DNA from: Octopus sinensis
Lineage: Eukaryota
Direction of reading: 5' to 3'
DNA: 64,000 nt
NCBI RefSeq assembly: GCF_006345805.1
Contig: NC_043006.1
Coordinates: 4,960,001-5,024,000, forward strand
In this document: positions 12,028 to 25,149 of the stretch, piece by piece
Layout of the letters: each line of letters starts with the position of its first letter
How positions within the stretch are numbered: the stretch's first letter is position 1
Program-made: the position numbers and the translations under genes
The notes under the pieces: generated by a model
The model's input: only the letters and a program-made list of their open reading frames with translations
The model's database searches: none
What the model was told of the DNA's origin: nothing

Positions 12028-12232
12028 AGGCGGCGAGGTGGCAGAAACGTTAGCTGCCTCAACATCGTTAAATATTGGTTTCAAGTTTTGGCACAAGGCC
12101 AGCAATTTCAGGAATTAGATGGACTACAGTGCTCGACGCTGAAAAGATAAAAGGCAGAGTCTACCTCGGCGATATTTGAGCTCAGAACTTGAAATTGGAA
12201 GCAAAGCTATAAGCATTTTGTCCGGCTCGCCT
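12028..12232. mobile_element. SINE C/D fragments (short + head, then decayed - copy)
   Basis: GGCGGCGAGGTGGCAGAAACGTTAG then TATTGGTTTCAAGTTTTGGCACAAGGCCAGCAATTTC. Confidence 0.6.
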
Positions 12233-12455
12233 CGTGCGTGAGTAAAATTTTAAGATGTGTGAAGTAGCTGAACTTCAGAGCAAAGTTTCCAGCTTATATT
12301 CCCCATTCATCGTCTATATAGCCTCTCGACCTGCTAGAAATAGCCAACAAACATCTATCAAATCATCTCTTAATTAAACAGAAATGAAGAAATGGTCACT
12401 GTTTGAACGTATTCGGTAGATCACTTATCTATTAACCTTCATCACCACAGACAAT

Positions 12456-12940
12456 GCAAGACAATGTCTAATTCTATCAACGGTTCCTGGTGTGCAGTTA
12501 CGGCGCATATGAAAGAAATAGTTTTGCATAATAATACTCCATTCAAACAAAAAATTCTACCATTGATTCATCAGTTATATAATTGTCCTGTCACCTTAAT
12601 TGCTGCTGCGAGGGCTTCTACTCCTCAGAGCTGACAAACAGGAATGGAGTAGATTTATTCCGTTACTCGGCTTAATCGGACCAACTGGACTTTTAACAAT
12701 TTTGGCAGAGCTTAGTTTGTTGTTTCCCAGTTCAATATCACCAACTGAGGTTTGAGTACCTGTTGTAGAATATAAAATCTGTTGTTGCCCAATTTAACAC
12801 CAACATCTAATCCATGAATGTCTTAAGCAGAGTTTACTCTGTAGCATATATCCAAATTACTCTACGATTCAGAGAGAACCTCTTCCAACATCTGCCTTTC
12901 AAGCCCGAAAGAAATAAAGGGCCGTGTGTGCTGCCTTTCT
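12456..12940. repeat. Unidentified sequence duplicated, rearranged, at 16390-16686
   Basis: 12695-12897 matches 16419-16606 directly; 12456-12535 and 12923-12940 match 16607-16686 and 16390-16407 inverted. Confidence 0.8.
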
Positions 12941-13931
12941 TGCTAATACCATCCTTAGATCATTTCCTTAGTCTAAGATATGATCCCCTCACAATCTACG
13001 ACACTTACGCCCCAGTACGAACTGACATCAGTAACATATCGCTGTTTAACTTCAGTATGACTACTACCAATGCAGGCATGAAATAATTGCTTCTGATGCT
13101 AAATCTTTGGATTCTGTGGAATGAGATGTTGCTTAGAAGCAGTTATGTAGAACCCAGATTGTTAGAAACAATAAAGGCTTTTCAACTAATCGTATATTCC
13201 GTTATTAAGGACAGTTGAGTAATGTCGAGCAAATTAATCATTTCGGTTCTCAATACGAGCTTTTGTAAATCATAGGAAAATATTTCGAAGAATTTTCTAA
13301 GAGCCGGCTATGACAATATCGCTTGTTATGGGGGATATTAGTGCACAAGTATCTTATATCATTATATTTCATTTGTTACTTTATCAATGTCAAAAGTAAT
13401 TCGCTAAATTCCATTTCGAGGAAGAAAAGAATTTAGAAAAGGAGTCACGAATTGGTTATTCTGAGACAGTTTATGTTAGTAACAACAACCATTATTTTTT
13501 AAACAACCATTATTTTTGATGACCTTTTTACTCAATGTAAAATTCGAGTCGTTGTTTAGCCCTGGGTCAGAACTGATTGAACCATTTCAAGCGAGATAAT
13601 TTCAGTTTTTTTTTTGTTTTTTTAACGCAATACGTCAAGGACTACACTATCCAAATGTATCCTTGAACTGTTTTAAAATAGCAGGTAATTGTTTACGGGG
13701 TCGGGGGTTGACTACTAGCTCTAGCACTAACAAACCCTTCCGTCGAATGGATAAAAGAAACAATATTTTTTGATCGAATCAATCAAAACTTATCAGATTA
13801 ACAAGAAAAGACATATTTAATTATCATTAGAATTTCTTCTAGACAAATATTTACTTTAATGACTCGATTGTAAGTAATTTCTCTCTCTCTCTCTCTCCTC
13901 TATCACAAGTATATTTATATGTGTTGTGTGT

Positions 13932-14000
<69 letters not shown>

Positions 14001-14159
14001 GTGTGTATATGAGTGTATGTGTATGTGAGTGTGTGTGTGAGTATGTGCGTATGTGTGCGTGTGAGTATATTTGAGAAATATGAAAGATATCTTTAAGGAG
14101 AATAATACCTCAATATTTTTAGATATACGAAAGCTTACTTAGCAGGAAAATTAGATTGT

Positions 14160-14880
14160 CTCTGCAGTTGAATGGGGCGATGAGGAAGTTCCACTACAAC
14201 TGCTCAACATATATATCAGCCAAATAACCGTCTCGCAACAACCGTCTATAAGAAAAAATGCAAATAACATTAAGGTAAAATACCTGCAAGAAAAGATGGC
14301 GAGACTGAAACACCTGTCGAACGGGAAAATATGCAGGAAATAATAGAAATAGAAAAATGGAAAACATTCGAAGGACACGACTAGATAAACATTCAAAAAC
14401 CAAGACAATATGAAGAGGAAAAATCTTGGAATATCCTGTACAAAACGTATTCTGCCATAAACACATTTTATATTGCAACCATAAGAGAAAAATTGAATAA
14501 CCATTGTCTTCCTTTTAAGGGCCTCGGCTCTAAAACAAGGTAACTCATGAACAGCAATGCATCAACTAATGACGTCAAGGCATATCAAGCGAACCTAACT
14601 CTAATGAACGGTCACGTGAAACCCTGAGTAACAATTTGTGAAGCTTTTCGGCTTTAATATATCAGTATTTTACCTATATTTGACATTTCAGTACTAGTTT
14701 TTCCATCTTTTTTGCATGTGCTTAGTTTTATATATATATATATAAATGGCAAGACCCTTTTAACGGTCATTTTCATAGCATTTTTTCGATGGCCTGATAA
14801 CTGAAGAGATGCCGGCGTGGGTTTCCGGCCCGACATCCGGAACTCGGAGTTTTATCATGGCTACCGAATAATTGTCACAT
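14160..14880 (+). mobile_element. Decayed Penelope-like element ending in a hammerhead-bearing tail
   Basis: Fragments VEWGDEEVPLQLLNIYI / NNRLATTVYKK / LPFKGLGSK resemble the PLE RT C-terminal region; followed by the hammerhead motif and (TA)n. Confidence 0.55.
14795..14857 (+). ncRNA. Type I hammerhead motif with one core substitution
   Basis: TGATAA-CTGAAGA-GATG..CATC-c-GGAAC-TCGGA-GTT-TTATCA; 6-bp helix I; GAAAC reads GGAAC. Confidence 0.6.
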
Positions 14881-14888
14881 ATTATATT

Positions 14889-14932
<44 letters not shown>

Positions 14933-15566
14933 ATATATATTGTGTTGTGTGTGTGTGTGTGTGGTGTGTGTGTGTGCGTATACATATACAGAAGATTTGT
15001 GTTGTATGGTTAAAGATATATTTAAATCATTATGTTAGAAAAATGTTATAATATTTTGCGTATAGTAACATAGTTTTGGGAGAAATAACCGCTTTCGTAT
15101 TTTTTTCAAATTTCTCAAATTTCTTTACCTACGTCGTGTCATGTCTTCGCTATGTTGTGAAATATGGAGTTCCAGGCAGGGGAAGGTAATCAGGGAGTTT
15201 TTCCGGTATAAGGGAGATAATAAAAAATGTTGAGAATGACTAGGCTTGATTAATTTAAAATGATTTAGTTCAGAAGGAATAGAATGTGGTTAGGTTTTGC
15301 TTTATATTTTTTTCAATGAGGTGAGTTTTCTTATTTAAAAATGTTAGAAATGGTTAAGTTTTGGCTTATATTTTTCAATGAAGAAGGTTTCCTTGTTTAA
15401 TCTAACTTGTGTTGGTGTTCCAACATATATATATGTCTATCTGTATGTATGTATGTATGTATGTATGTATGTATGTATGTATGTATGTATGTATGTATGT
15501 ATGTATGTATGTATGTATGTATTGTAGGTGTATGTATGTATGTAAGTATGAATGTATATGATGTTT

Positions 15567-16012
15567 GAATGGCCGTGTAGTAAGTAGCTTGCTTACCAAC
15601 CCCATGGTTCCAAGTTCAGTCCTACTGCGTGGCACCTTGGGCAACTGTCTTCTGCTATATCCTCGGGCCGACCAAAGCCTTGTGAGAGGATATGGTAGAC
15701 AGAAACTGAAAGAAGCCCATCGTATATACATACATACATATATATATATTATATATATATATAAATATATATATATACATATGTGTGCGTGCGTGTGCGG
15801 GCACGCGTGTCTGTGTCTGTGTTTGTCCCCCCACCATCGCTTGATAACCGGTGTTAGTGTGTGTGCGTCCTCGTAACTTAGCGATCCGGTAAAAGAAACC
15901 GAAAGAATAATTACTATGCTTACAAAGAATAAGTCCTGAGGTCGATTTGTTGGACTAAAGGCAGTGCTTCAGCATGGCCGCAGTCAAATGACTGAAGCAA
16001 ATAAAAGAATAA
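15567..16012 (+). mobile_element. SINE family B (tRNA-like head, CORE-like segment, internal microsatellite)
   Basis: Head, GCGTGGCACCTTGGGCAA, internal TA/TG tract, tail ATGACTGAAGCAAATAAAAG. Confidence 0.85.
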
Positions 16013-16389
16013 AAATTATATAAATTATATATACATACATACACATATAAATATATCCTACTATTTAACCTTAAAATCCTAACCTCTTACCTCTCCCTGT
16101 ACCCTGATGTTCATTTGAAGAAGTGTAATTTCCAATCGCAATGTTTAAAACGCAAAGAGCCGTGGCATTTTAGACTGAAAGTGTAACGAGTGGTACTTAT
16201 TAATTTTCTCTAAAATATGTTTATAAATATTGTTCCTTAATCCCTTCTCATTTACTTCGCAAATAGTTTCAATGTTATTTGATTAAATTCTCACCATTAA
16301 AAGTTTTAATTGGCCAGTAATTACATGAATTAAATAAATAATTATGTATGTGCTGCTAAACACGTATCTTTTCAGCGTTTAGTCGAGGG

Positions 16390-16686
16390 AGAAAGGCAGC
16401 ACACACGACTGAACTTTGAACAATTTTGGCAGAGCTTAGTTTAATATGACCAACTGAGTTCTGGGTACCTGTTGTAGAATATAAAATCTGTTGTTGCCCA
16501 ATTTAACACCACCATCTAATCCTTGGATGTCTTTAGCAGAGTTTACTCTGTGGCATATATCTAAATTGCTCCATGATTCAGAGAGAACCTCTTCCAACAT
16601 CTGTCTTTATTATGCAAAACTATTTCCTTCATATGCGCCGTAACTGCACACCCAGGGACCGTTGATAGAATTAGACATTGTCTTGC
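16390..16686. repeat. Rearranged copy of the 12456-12940 sequence
   Basis: See 12456-12940. Confidence 0.8.
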
Positions 16687-17571
16687 TTTTCATTGCAAGA
16701 ATGTGAGTAGTATCATGAAATAATGTTTGTTGCTGCCTTGATGCAATGTGTATAAATGTAGTGGAATAGAATTTTTAAATATAGCATCATAGTCTATACT
16801 TTTAAATATGGCGTCATAGTCTGTATTAGTTGCAAACTAATATTATACCCTCGGTTATTGAATTCCTAATTGGAGCTATGTAGTAGGATGTAAGCTAACA
16901 ATCTGAAGCAATATTGACTTGCTATTTGAGCTTATTTCATGTTTCCGAACTCAAATTTACAAACAAACTTAAAAGGAGCACATTGGCAACGTGATACGCT
17001 AGTAACCAATATCAGGCTTCAGTCTGACACTTTGATGACAAATGACATCGTTGTAATAAATACGAATTCAATGAAGTCGCAAAGCATTGTAAAGTCTGGG
17101 ATATAGCTGCTTGAGATGGTTTTGGTATTCTACTGGAATATCAATTATCAACTGGTTTGGAATGGAAAGCAAATTCGGTTATTCCATCTCAGAAAAATGC
17201 AGTACCAAACAGCATAGGCTAAAAGAACTAGATCAGCTTCCGAGTGGTGATATCTAATTCACAATAATCACATTTTTTTTTTTACAAATGTGTCCATATA
17301 GAAAAAGGTCTTATATTTAAAGTAAAGGATATGTTTTTTGTGGTACCAATGTGTGTTGTCCATTGAAAGTACAAATCTACGCATAATGTGAGGCAATGTT
17401 GCTCAAAATGTGTTATAGTAAAAAAATATAGGTTGTTTAACTGTTCTTTTATTATTAACAGGAAAAACTCTTTTAAACCTTTTATTGAGACCTGAAAGAA
17501 AGGGACACTACTTTTAGATTGCTTTCAATTATGCAACGACAATTAGAGACAAATAATCTTCTAAAACATTA

Positions 17572-17792
17572 CTCTTTACTCTCTTTTACTCTTTTACTTG
17601 TTTCAGTCATTTGACTGCGGCCATGCTCGAGCACCGCCTTTAGTCGAGCAAATCGACCCCAGGACTTATTCTTTGTAAGCCCAGTACTTATTCATCGGCC
17701 TCTATTGCCGAAACGCTAAGTTACGGGGACGTAAACACACGAGCATCGGTTGTCAAGCGATGTTGGGGGGACAATCACAGACACACAAACAT

Positions 17793-17879
<87 letters not shown>

Positions 17880-18046
17880 TACGACGGGCTTCTTTCAGTT
17901 TCCGTCTACCAAATCCACTCACAAGGCTTTGGTCGACCCGAGACTATAGTAGAAAACACTTACCCAAGGTGCCACGCAGTGGGACTGAACCTGGAACCGT
18001 GTGGTTGGTAAGCAAGCTACTTACCACACAGCGACTCCTACGCCTA
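17572..18046 (-). mobile_element. SINE family B, full length
   Basis: Complete head to (TAAAAGAG)n tail. Confidence 0.9.
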
Positions 18047-18374
18047 TAATAAATTAATTTTAATAATTACTAATAAATTACTAATTACTAATTTACTAAT
18101 TATTAATAAATTAATTTTAAGTTTTTAAAACAAATTGAGAAATTTTGAATAGATTATCGCATCCTTTAGGCTTCACTACATAACAACAGATACAAATTAA
18201 TAAATGTACTTTGATATTCATCAACTTATCAGAATGCAATGCTCATTCATTAATCTAACAGCTTTATTCCATCCAATAGATATTTATCACAGAAATTATA
18301 TCAACCAATAATCTGCTCTGCTGATTTAATAATATTCCTTGAACCTATCGGCAGCATAAATTTATATATTGGAA

Positions 18375-18830
18375 ACAAAACAGACCTGACTGCGCAAGCA
18401 GTAGCAAAAGTCATGGTCCCTAGCTGACTGGCAAGGATGTTAGAGGCAAGAAAAATACGAATCAGTCGCAACTAAAAGTCACGAGCATATAGGAACGACT
18501 GAATAAGTGGAAAGAATATTCCCAGAACTTTCTCGATAGTCCCCCAGTAGTTTGGGATGGACCAATAGAAACTAATATTAAACATGATCTTGACTTCAAA
18601 CTCAGTGACTTTGCATTAGATGAACTCATTGAGGTACTCAAAAGGTCCCAAGACAAGAAGGCAAGTTGCCTAGATGATATACCACCAGAAGTCTGGAAAA
18701 CAGAGGTATTCGATGGTATCCTCCTCCACTTTTGTAATGCAGTTTACAATCAAAACAAGAGGATTGATGACTGTATTCTCCCATACTCCATGAAAAATGG
18801 TAATTTAGGTGTAACTAAAAATTACAAAGT
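18375..18830 (+). mobile_element. RTE/RTE-X-like LINE fragment (linker to start of RT)
   Basis: ERLNKWKEYSQNFLDSPP..LDELIEVLK..KASCLDDIPPEVWKTEVFDGILLHFCNAVYNQ..CILPYSMKNGNLGVTKNY. Confidence 0.75.
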
Positions 18831-19267
18831 GTCTATTCGCACATTCTTGTTAAAATATATTGACTATAAATGAAATAACCTATGACTATCAATCAAACAG
18901 TCAATGCTGTTAGCATATTCTATTAGCCCCTTTCATTCACATTATTGTTACCCTTTTGATGCAAACTGAATGAGAGAAGTGTATTGTTTGTTTATATATA
19001 ACATGCAGTTATATAATCAAATATTGTTACATACCATAAAAGTTAAGTGAAACAAGCCGATATGTAGATATTTAATAACAATGCAATTTTAGTATTACTT
19101 ATGTTGAAAAGAAAAATACTAAAATTACATTTACCGTAGTTAAAGCAGTGAAATATGAATTCTTTGTAGAACGACTGCAAAGCATGTGACAGATGAAAAT
19201 GTAAAATTTAAAGCAGACAGTAATAAGATGGAATGTAGCAAAGCAGTTATTAACAGAGCGTGCATTT

Positions 19268-19730
19268 AATATTCGTATCAAATTCTGGCATAAGGTCAGC
19301 AATTTCGGGAGAGGTTGCAAGTTGGTGACATCGACTCCAGTGTCCAACTGCTACTTATTTAATCGTTGCCGAAAGGGTGAAAGGCAAAGTTAACCTCGGT
19401 GGCATTTGAATTCAGAACGTAAAGACGGACGAAATACCTGTAAATATTTTGCCCGGCGTGCTAACGATTCTGCTTCCTCGCCACCTTTTTCACATTTAAT
19501 AACAAAAGGAAAAAAAAAAGATAAAGGTAGTGAGCTGGCGGAATCGTTACCGCGTGTGGAAAAATGCTTTACAGCAATTCTTCCGACTTTACGTTCTGAG
19601 TTAAAATGCCAACTTTGCCATTCCTCCTTTCGGGTTCGATAAAGTAAGTACCAGTTGAATACTGGGGTCGATGTAATCGATTTATACGCTAACACGAAAT
19701 TTCTGGCTTTGCCAAAATTTGAAATCAGTA
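19268..19730. mobile_element. Head-to-head pair of old SINE family D copies
   Basis: Minus copy about 19268-19485, plus copy about 19523-19730; family C-like head and body with a different tail. Confidence 0.7.
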
Positions 19731-20389
19731 TTAAAAAACAATGATGAATAAATGAAAAATATTCACTGCAAAAACAAAAGAACACAACGAAACATAAGGT
19801 GTAGTAATAAGAGTGAATCCTTTCGTCGAAAGGGTTTCAGGGCATACCTTGTCAGTAACTGACATAGGCTTAAAACAGAATGCTACTAGAAATAAAGAAG
19901 CAGGAACAAAGCACACACTATGAAAGGTTTGTAAGTAAAAAGACAATGGAAGTTTTCGAATGACTTACATTACACACAAATAGAAAATGATGTTTTGGTA
20001 ATGTTCGAACATGCAACATTTGCCAAGTAGAAATTTAAATGAGCGGTCACTTGTGTTCGCAAGTCCGGTAATGAATAATTCTTTCCGGCTGGGGTTAGTA
20101 TAAAAGAGGTTAGTGTATTATATAATTGCGCATGCGTTACTGTAAATCTATAATAACATGTATTTTTAAAAAGAACATCGAATATATATGTGTATATATA
20201 TATATATTTATATTATAATATATATATATATATATATAATATATTGAGTAGTTGAATGAATTATCTTATTAAGGATAATTCGAATTAACCGATACCTGGG
20301 TAGCAAATTCACATCAGAAAAAACACGGTTGAAGTTACGTGCCTAGGGCATAGATTACGTGCTTTCGTGTGGAAATTTGTATGTTTATT

Positions 20390-20665
20390 TTAAAAATATA
20401 AATATATGAAAGAATGGAGCTGAACAAAATTCCTTTATTTTCGACATATGTTTCGAAGGCTGCATGTTCCTAATTGCGAAGGAATAAGGAGTACATTATG
20501 CCGCTTTCTCATCAGGAAAAGCAAGGAACTTATGTCAACATCAAAATGCACAATGTGCATTCCTTCGCAATTAGGAATATGCAGCCTTCGAAACATATGT
20601 CGAAAATAAAGGAATTTTGTTAATTCGTCGTTCAGCTCCATTCTTTCTATATCATATTTTAAAAA
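20390..20665. mobile_element. Palindromic mini-element of inverted PLE-type tails
   Basis: ~63-bp arms with one mismatch (AACAAAATTCC...GAAGGAAT), plus outer AAGAATGGAGCTGAAC arms; adjacent to (TA)n. Confidence 0.8.
20438..20520 (-). ncRNA. Type I hammerhead ribozyme, canonical GUC, palindromic helix III
   Basis: TTTTC-CTGATGA-GAAAGCGGCAT...ATGCAGCCTTC-GAAAC-ATAT-GTC-GAAAA; helix II 9 of 11 pairs. Confidence 0.8.
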
Positions 20666-20674
20666 CTATATATA

Positions 20675-20777
<103 letters not shown>

Positions 20778-20844
20778 GGAAGGCCGGGAGTCCGCGTGCG
20801 CATGCGGTAAAAATTAAATCCAAAACAAACGGAACAAAACAAAA

Positions 20845-21078
20845 AAAAACTACAACGCAAGCACGTGGTAGATGCAAAGTATTAGCAGACGCTCGGGGAA
20901 GGAAAGGAAGGTAGTCCTTACGTTTCGAGCAAAGCTCTTCGTCTTCCTTTTCACTTGGACTTCGTCTCCTGTTTCTGACGAAGTGCTTTGCCCGAAACGT
21001 AAAACTTACCTTCCTTTCCTTCCTTGAGCATATGCTAATATTTTGCATGTACCACGTCCTCGTGTTGTTGCTTTTTTT
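20845..21078. mobile_element. Head-to-head inverted pair of hammerhead-tail modules
   Basis: 20845-20943 is a diverged reverse complement of 20975-21078. Confidence 0.75.
20971..21005 (+). ncRNA. Minimal type I hammerhead motif
   Basis: GTTT-CTGACGA-a-GTGCtttGCCC-GAAAC-GTA-AAAC. Confidence 0.7.
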
Positions 21079-21549
21079 CTTGTCGTATTTCTTCTTTTTT
21101 TTTTGCTCTACTATATACACACACACGCATATATTATGGTATATGGATTTATTGTCCTCAAATTGAATACATATGGACCACAAGCTATGAAACAAGCCTA
21201 CGTCATGTAATGTAGTTACTTACATACATATGTGTGTGTGTTTGTGTGTATGTGTGTGTGTGCGCGTGTGTATACACACACATACACACGCATACACACA
21301 TACACATATATATACACACACTAACACAACCCTTCGATGAATATAACAAAATGCAAAGAAACTGGTGACAAGGTAAGCTCAAAATCAATGTGATAAGTTT
21401 GACGTTCCAAGATAGGGAAAGTGTTAAGTGTATAACATATATATATATTATATATATATATATACATATATAATATTAATAATAATAATAAACAACAAGG
21501 AATGGATGAAACCTAAATATAATGTAAAACAGAAATTTATCTATAACTA

Positions 21550-21710
21550 TAATATGTGACAATTAGTTGGTTGTCATAATAAAACTAAGACTTTCGGATA
21601 CGGTGTTGAAGCCTGCTCCGGCATCTCATCAGTTGAGATGCCGGAACAGACTTCAGCTCTGGCATCCGAAACACTGAGTTTTATCATGACAACCAACTAA
21701 TTGTCTCATA

Positions 21711-21712
<2 letters not shown>
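21550..21712. mobile_element. Imperfect palindrome of PLE-type tails (same family as 14795)
   Basis: Arms GACAATTAGTTGGTTGTCAT.. and ..ATGACAACCAACTAATTGTC; degenerate minus-strand hammerhead at about 21577-21636. Confidence 0.7.
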
Positions 21713-21744
<32 letters not shown>

Positions 21745-21886
21745 TACTGCTGGTGATATCATTAGTTTTAGAATTTATCCATAGATGATGTGAACAGTAG
21801 TGATATCTGATTTCAAATCTCAGTGTTTGAATGTTTTGATATATATACATATATATATATGTATGTATGTGTGTGTGTGTGTGTGC

Positions 21887-21930
<44 letters not shown>

Positions 21931-22854
21931 TATATATATATATATATAATATATATATCAATATATATATAGTATATATATATAATATATATATATATAG
22001 TGTATTTATATATATATATATAGGTGTATATATATATGTATATATATATATATGTAATATGTATGTATATATATATATGTATATATGTTTGTGTGTACAT
22101 ATGTATACGTATACATACACACACACATGTATGCGAGTGACCTGCAAAGCACAGCTGATGTTGAATGTTGTGCATTTCTTTTTATAAAATGACGTTTGCA
22201 TCAACATGTATTTTGATTTGCGTCTTGAGATTATGTTTTCCCTCTCTTTTTCTCTTTGCCTTTGTCCGTTTCCCACCTCTCCCTATTTCTCTCTCTCTCT
22301 CTGTCTCTCTCTCTGTAAACCCACCTCTCTCTCTCTCTCTCTGTCTTTGTTGCTCTATCTCTCTGTTTCTCTCCCCCTCATCCTCTCTATCTAACTGTTG
22401 TGTGTATGAGTGTGTTTCTTTGAAATAAATTAATGTGACTGCGAGAAAAACCTACCGGAAATGTAGCTGTGAGCCATGTCAAAGAAGGAAGCTGACTGCG
22501 CAAGTCTCTCTATGTGTAGGAGTAGACTGTCACCAATAATTAAGGCGGAAGTTGCGGATCAGATTTTGCCCCCCAAAGCACGCATCAGTGAAGTTTCTTT
22601 ACGGAAAATAATTGATGGTGTCTGCTTTATCCAGCATCATCACACACTAGTGCTGTTGCCGCTACTGTTGAGGGAGATTAGGTGACATCACCAGAGGCTG
22701 TTAAAGAGGTTGAAGTCCGATTCTTGTCACTTTAAGTAAACATCTAATCTCTAACCGTCTTCAGTTAAGGAAACTCTGCCATTGACTTATTTACTGAAAA
22801 CACCGCAACATTCAACCTCATGGATTCAAAGATCTTTTCTTAATGATTATTCAT

Positions 22855-23240
22855 ACATATATATGAATATCCATACATGCATACATACATACATACATAC
22901 ATACATACATACATACATACATACATACATACATACATACATACATACACATACATACATACATACATACATACATACTACCATACATGCATGCATACAT
23001 AACATAATACATACATAACAAACATACATAAATACATACATACATACATACATACATACACCATACATTCATACATACATACATACATACATTACATACA
23101 TACATACATACATAAATTACATACAACTACATACATACACACACATACATACATACATACATACATACATACACACACATACATACATACATGCATACAT
23201 ACATACATACATACATACATACATTCATACACACACACAT
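22855..23240. repeat. (TACA)n microsatellite
   Basis: Directly visible. Confidence 0.95.
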
Positions 23241-23242
23241 TT

Positions 23243-23408
23243 ATAAATATATACGGCGGGCTTCTTTTTAGTTTCCGTTTACCAAATCCATTCACAATGA
23301 TTTCGTCGCTCTGAGGTTATAGCCGAGTACTCTAGCCAATGGTGCCACGCAGTGGGACTGAGCCTGGAACCATGTGGTTTGGAAGCAAACTTCTTATGAC
23401 ACAGCCTG
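23243..23408 (-). mobile_element. SINE family B, 5' half
   Basis: Head and CORE-like part, ending in the microsatellite. Confidence 0.75.
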
Positions 23409-23485
23409 TGTGTATATATGTATATACACACACATATACCCGTAAACACATACGTACATACAGGGGTATGTACACACAGGGATAC

Positions 23486-24065
23486 ATAGCCATCTTTAGA
23501 GGAGCCAACGGTCGTACACTCGATAGGCTTAGAAAGGACCTGATTAGTGCTCTAGGCTCCGTGGGACTCAAAATTACTATCGTGACGAATCTCACTACCG
23601 TAGACTTCCTAGATGTCACTTGAGACTTGGACTCTGGTACATACAAGCCCTATCGCAAACCAAACGAGAGGCTGTCCTATATCAACACAGCCTCCTTCCA
23701 CCCCTCCATCGTGTTCAAGAACCTAGTGAAGGATGTCAGCAAGAGGATCTCGAATCTATCCTCTAGTCGAGATATCTTCGACGCCTATGACCCCCTACTA
23801 CAATGAGTCACTGGCGTCCATCGGGTTCAAGGACCACATCTTATGCATGCCAGGCTCTAGCAACCACAAAAGGAAACACCACCGAAATGTGGTTTCGTTT
23901 GCCCTACCTTTCTCACTCAATGTCAAAGCTGATGTGGGAAGGATATTCCTTAGGTAACAGATAAACACTTCACGCAGACACACAGATAAAGACATTTATT
24001 CAACAGGCGCAATCTAAGAATCTCCTTTAGTTGTGCACCTAACATAAAAACTTTATTAGCTAACA
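23486..24065 (+). mobile_element. Penelope-like element RT remnant
   Basis: AIFRGANGRTLDRLRKDL..LKITIVTNLTTVDFLDVT*DLDSGTYKPYRKPN..YINTASFHPS..LPFSLNVKADVGRIFL..LFNRRNLRISFSCAPNI. Confidence 0.85.
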
Positions 24066-24324
24066 CCTATAAAACACGGGAGCTGTGGTGATACCCAGGC
24101 CCAGCGACAACAGTAATAACAGTAGATACCAGTAAATGTATATAAAATACAAATCGCAGGTAAATCCTTGTGTATGACAGGTAAATCCAGCAATCCTGAT
24201 GCAGAATTTTAAGAAATTCAGATTATGTAACAACAACCAATAATATGTACGAAGAAAATCATATCTTTATTTTAGATCCCATCTTAAAAATCCAACAATT
24301 GTTTCAATTGCATTAACATATACA

Positions 24325-24721
24325 TACTCTTTTACTTGTTTCAGTCATTTGACTGTGGCCATGCTGGAGCACCGCCTTTAGTCGAGTAAATCGACCCCAG
24401 GACTTATTCTTTGTAAACCTGGTACTTATTCTATCGGTCTCTTTTGCCGAACCGCTAAGTTACGGCGACGTAAACACACAACTATCGGTTGTCATGCGAT
24501 GTTGGGGGGACAAACACAGACACACAAACATATACACACACATACATATATACATATATATACGACAGGCTTCTTTCAGTTTCAGTCTACCAAATCCACT
24601 CACAAGGCTTTGGTCGACCCGTGGCTATAGTAGAAGACACTTGCCCAAGGTGCCACGCAGTGGGACTGAACCCGGAACCATATGGTTGGTAAACAAGCTA
24701 CTTACCACCCAGCCACTCCTA
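24325..24721 (-). mobile_element. SINE family B, full length
   Basis: As 17572. Confidence 0.9.
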
Positions 24722-25030
24722 CACACACAAACACACACACACATATATATATACACACATACACATAATATTAAAATTAATATGTACGAAAATTGATGTC
24801 AACACAAGATTATCAAGGTAATCCAAATTGGTGAGATTGTAACTGAACATCTGAAAAACATTTTAGCGATTAAAAAACGCTAACAAAAAAGAAACGCCAG
24901 ACCAAATTTTACCTTAGACATGCATTCATTCAAGCAAGAGCGACTTCATTGAACAACTAAATTAGTTTATAAAAATAAGATATAAAATACTATACTAATC
25001 CCTATTTTTTGATAATTTGAAATCTACATA

Positions 25031-25070
<40 letters not shown>

Positions 25071-25149
25071 ATATATATATATATAAGTGTGTATGTGTGT
25101 GTGTGTGTGTGTGTGTGCATATATTTATTTGTATGTATGTGTGAATGTA

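Noticed and set aside
12540-12580. piggyBac-like DESMVEFF peptide on the minus strand
   Set aside because: The expected downstream GR..KQ..KP motif is absent; likely chance
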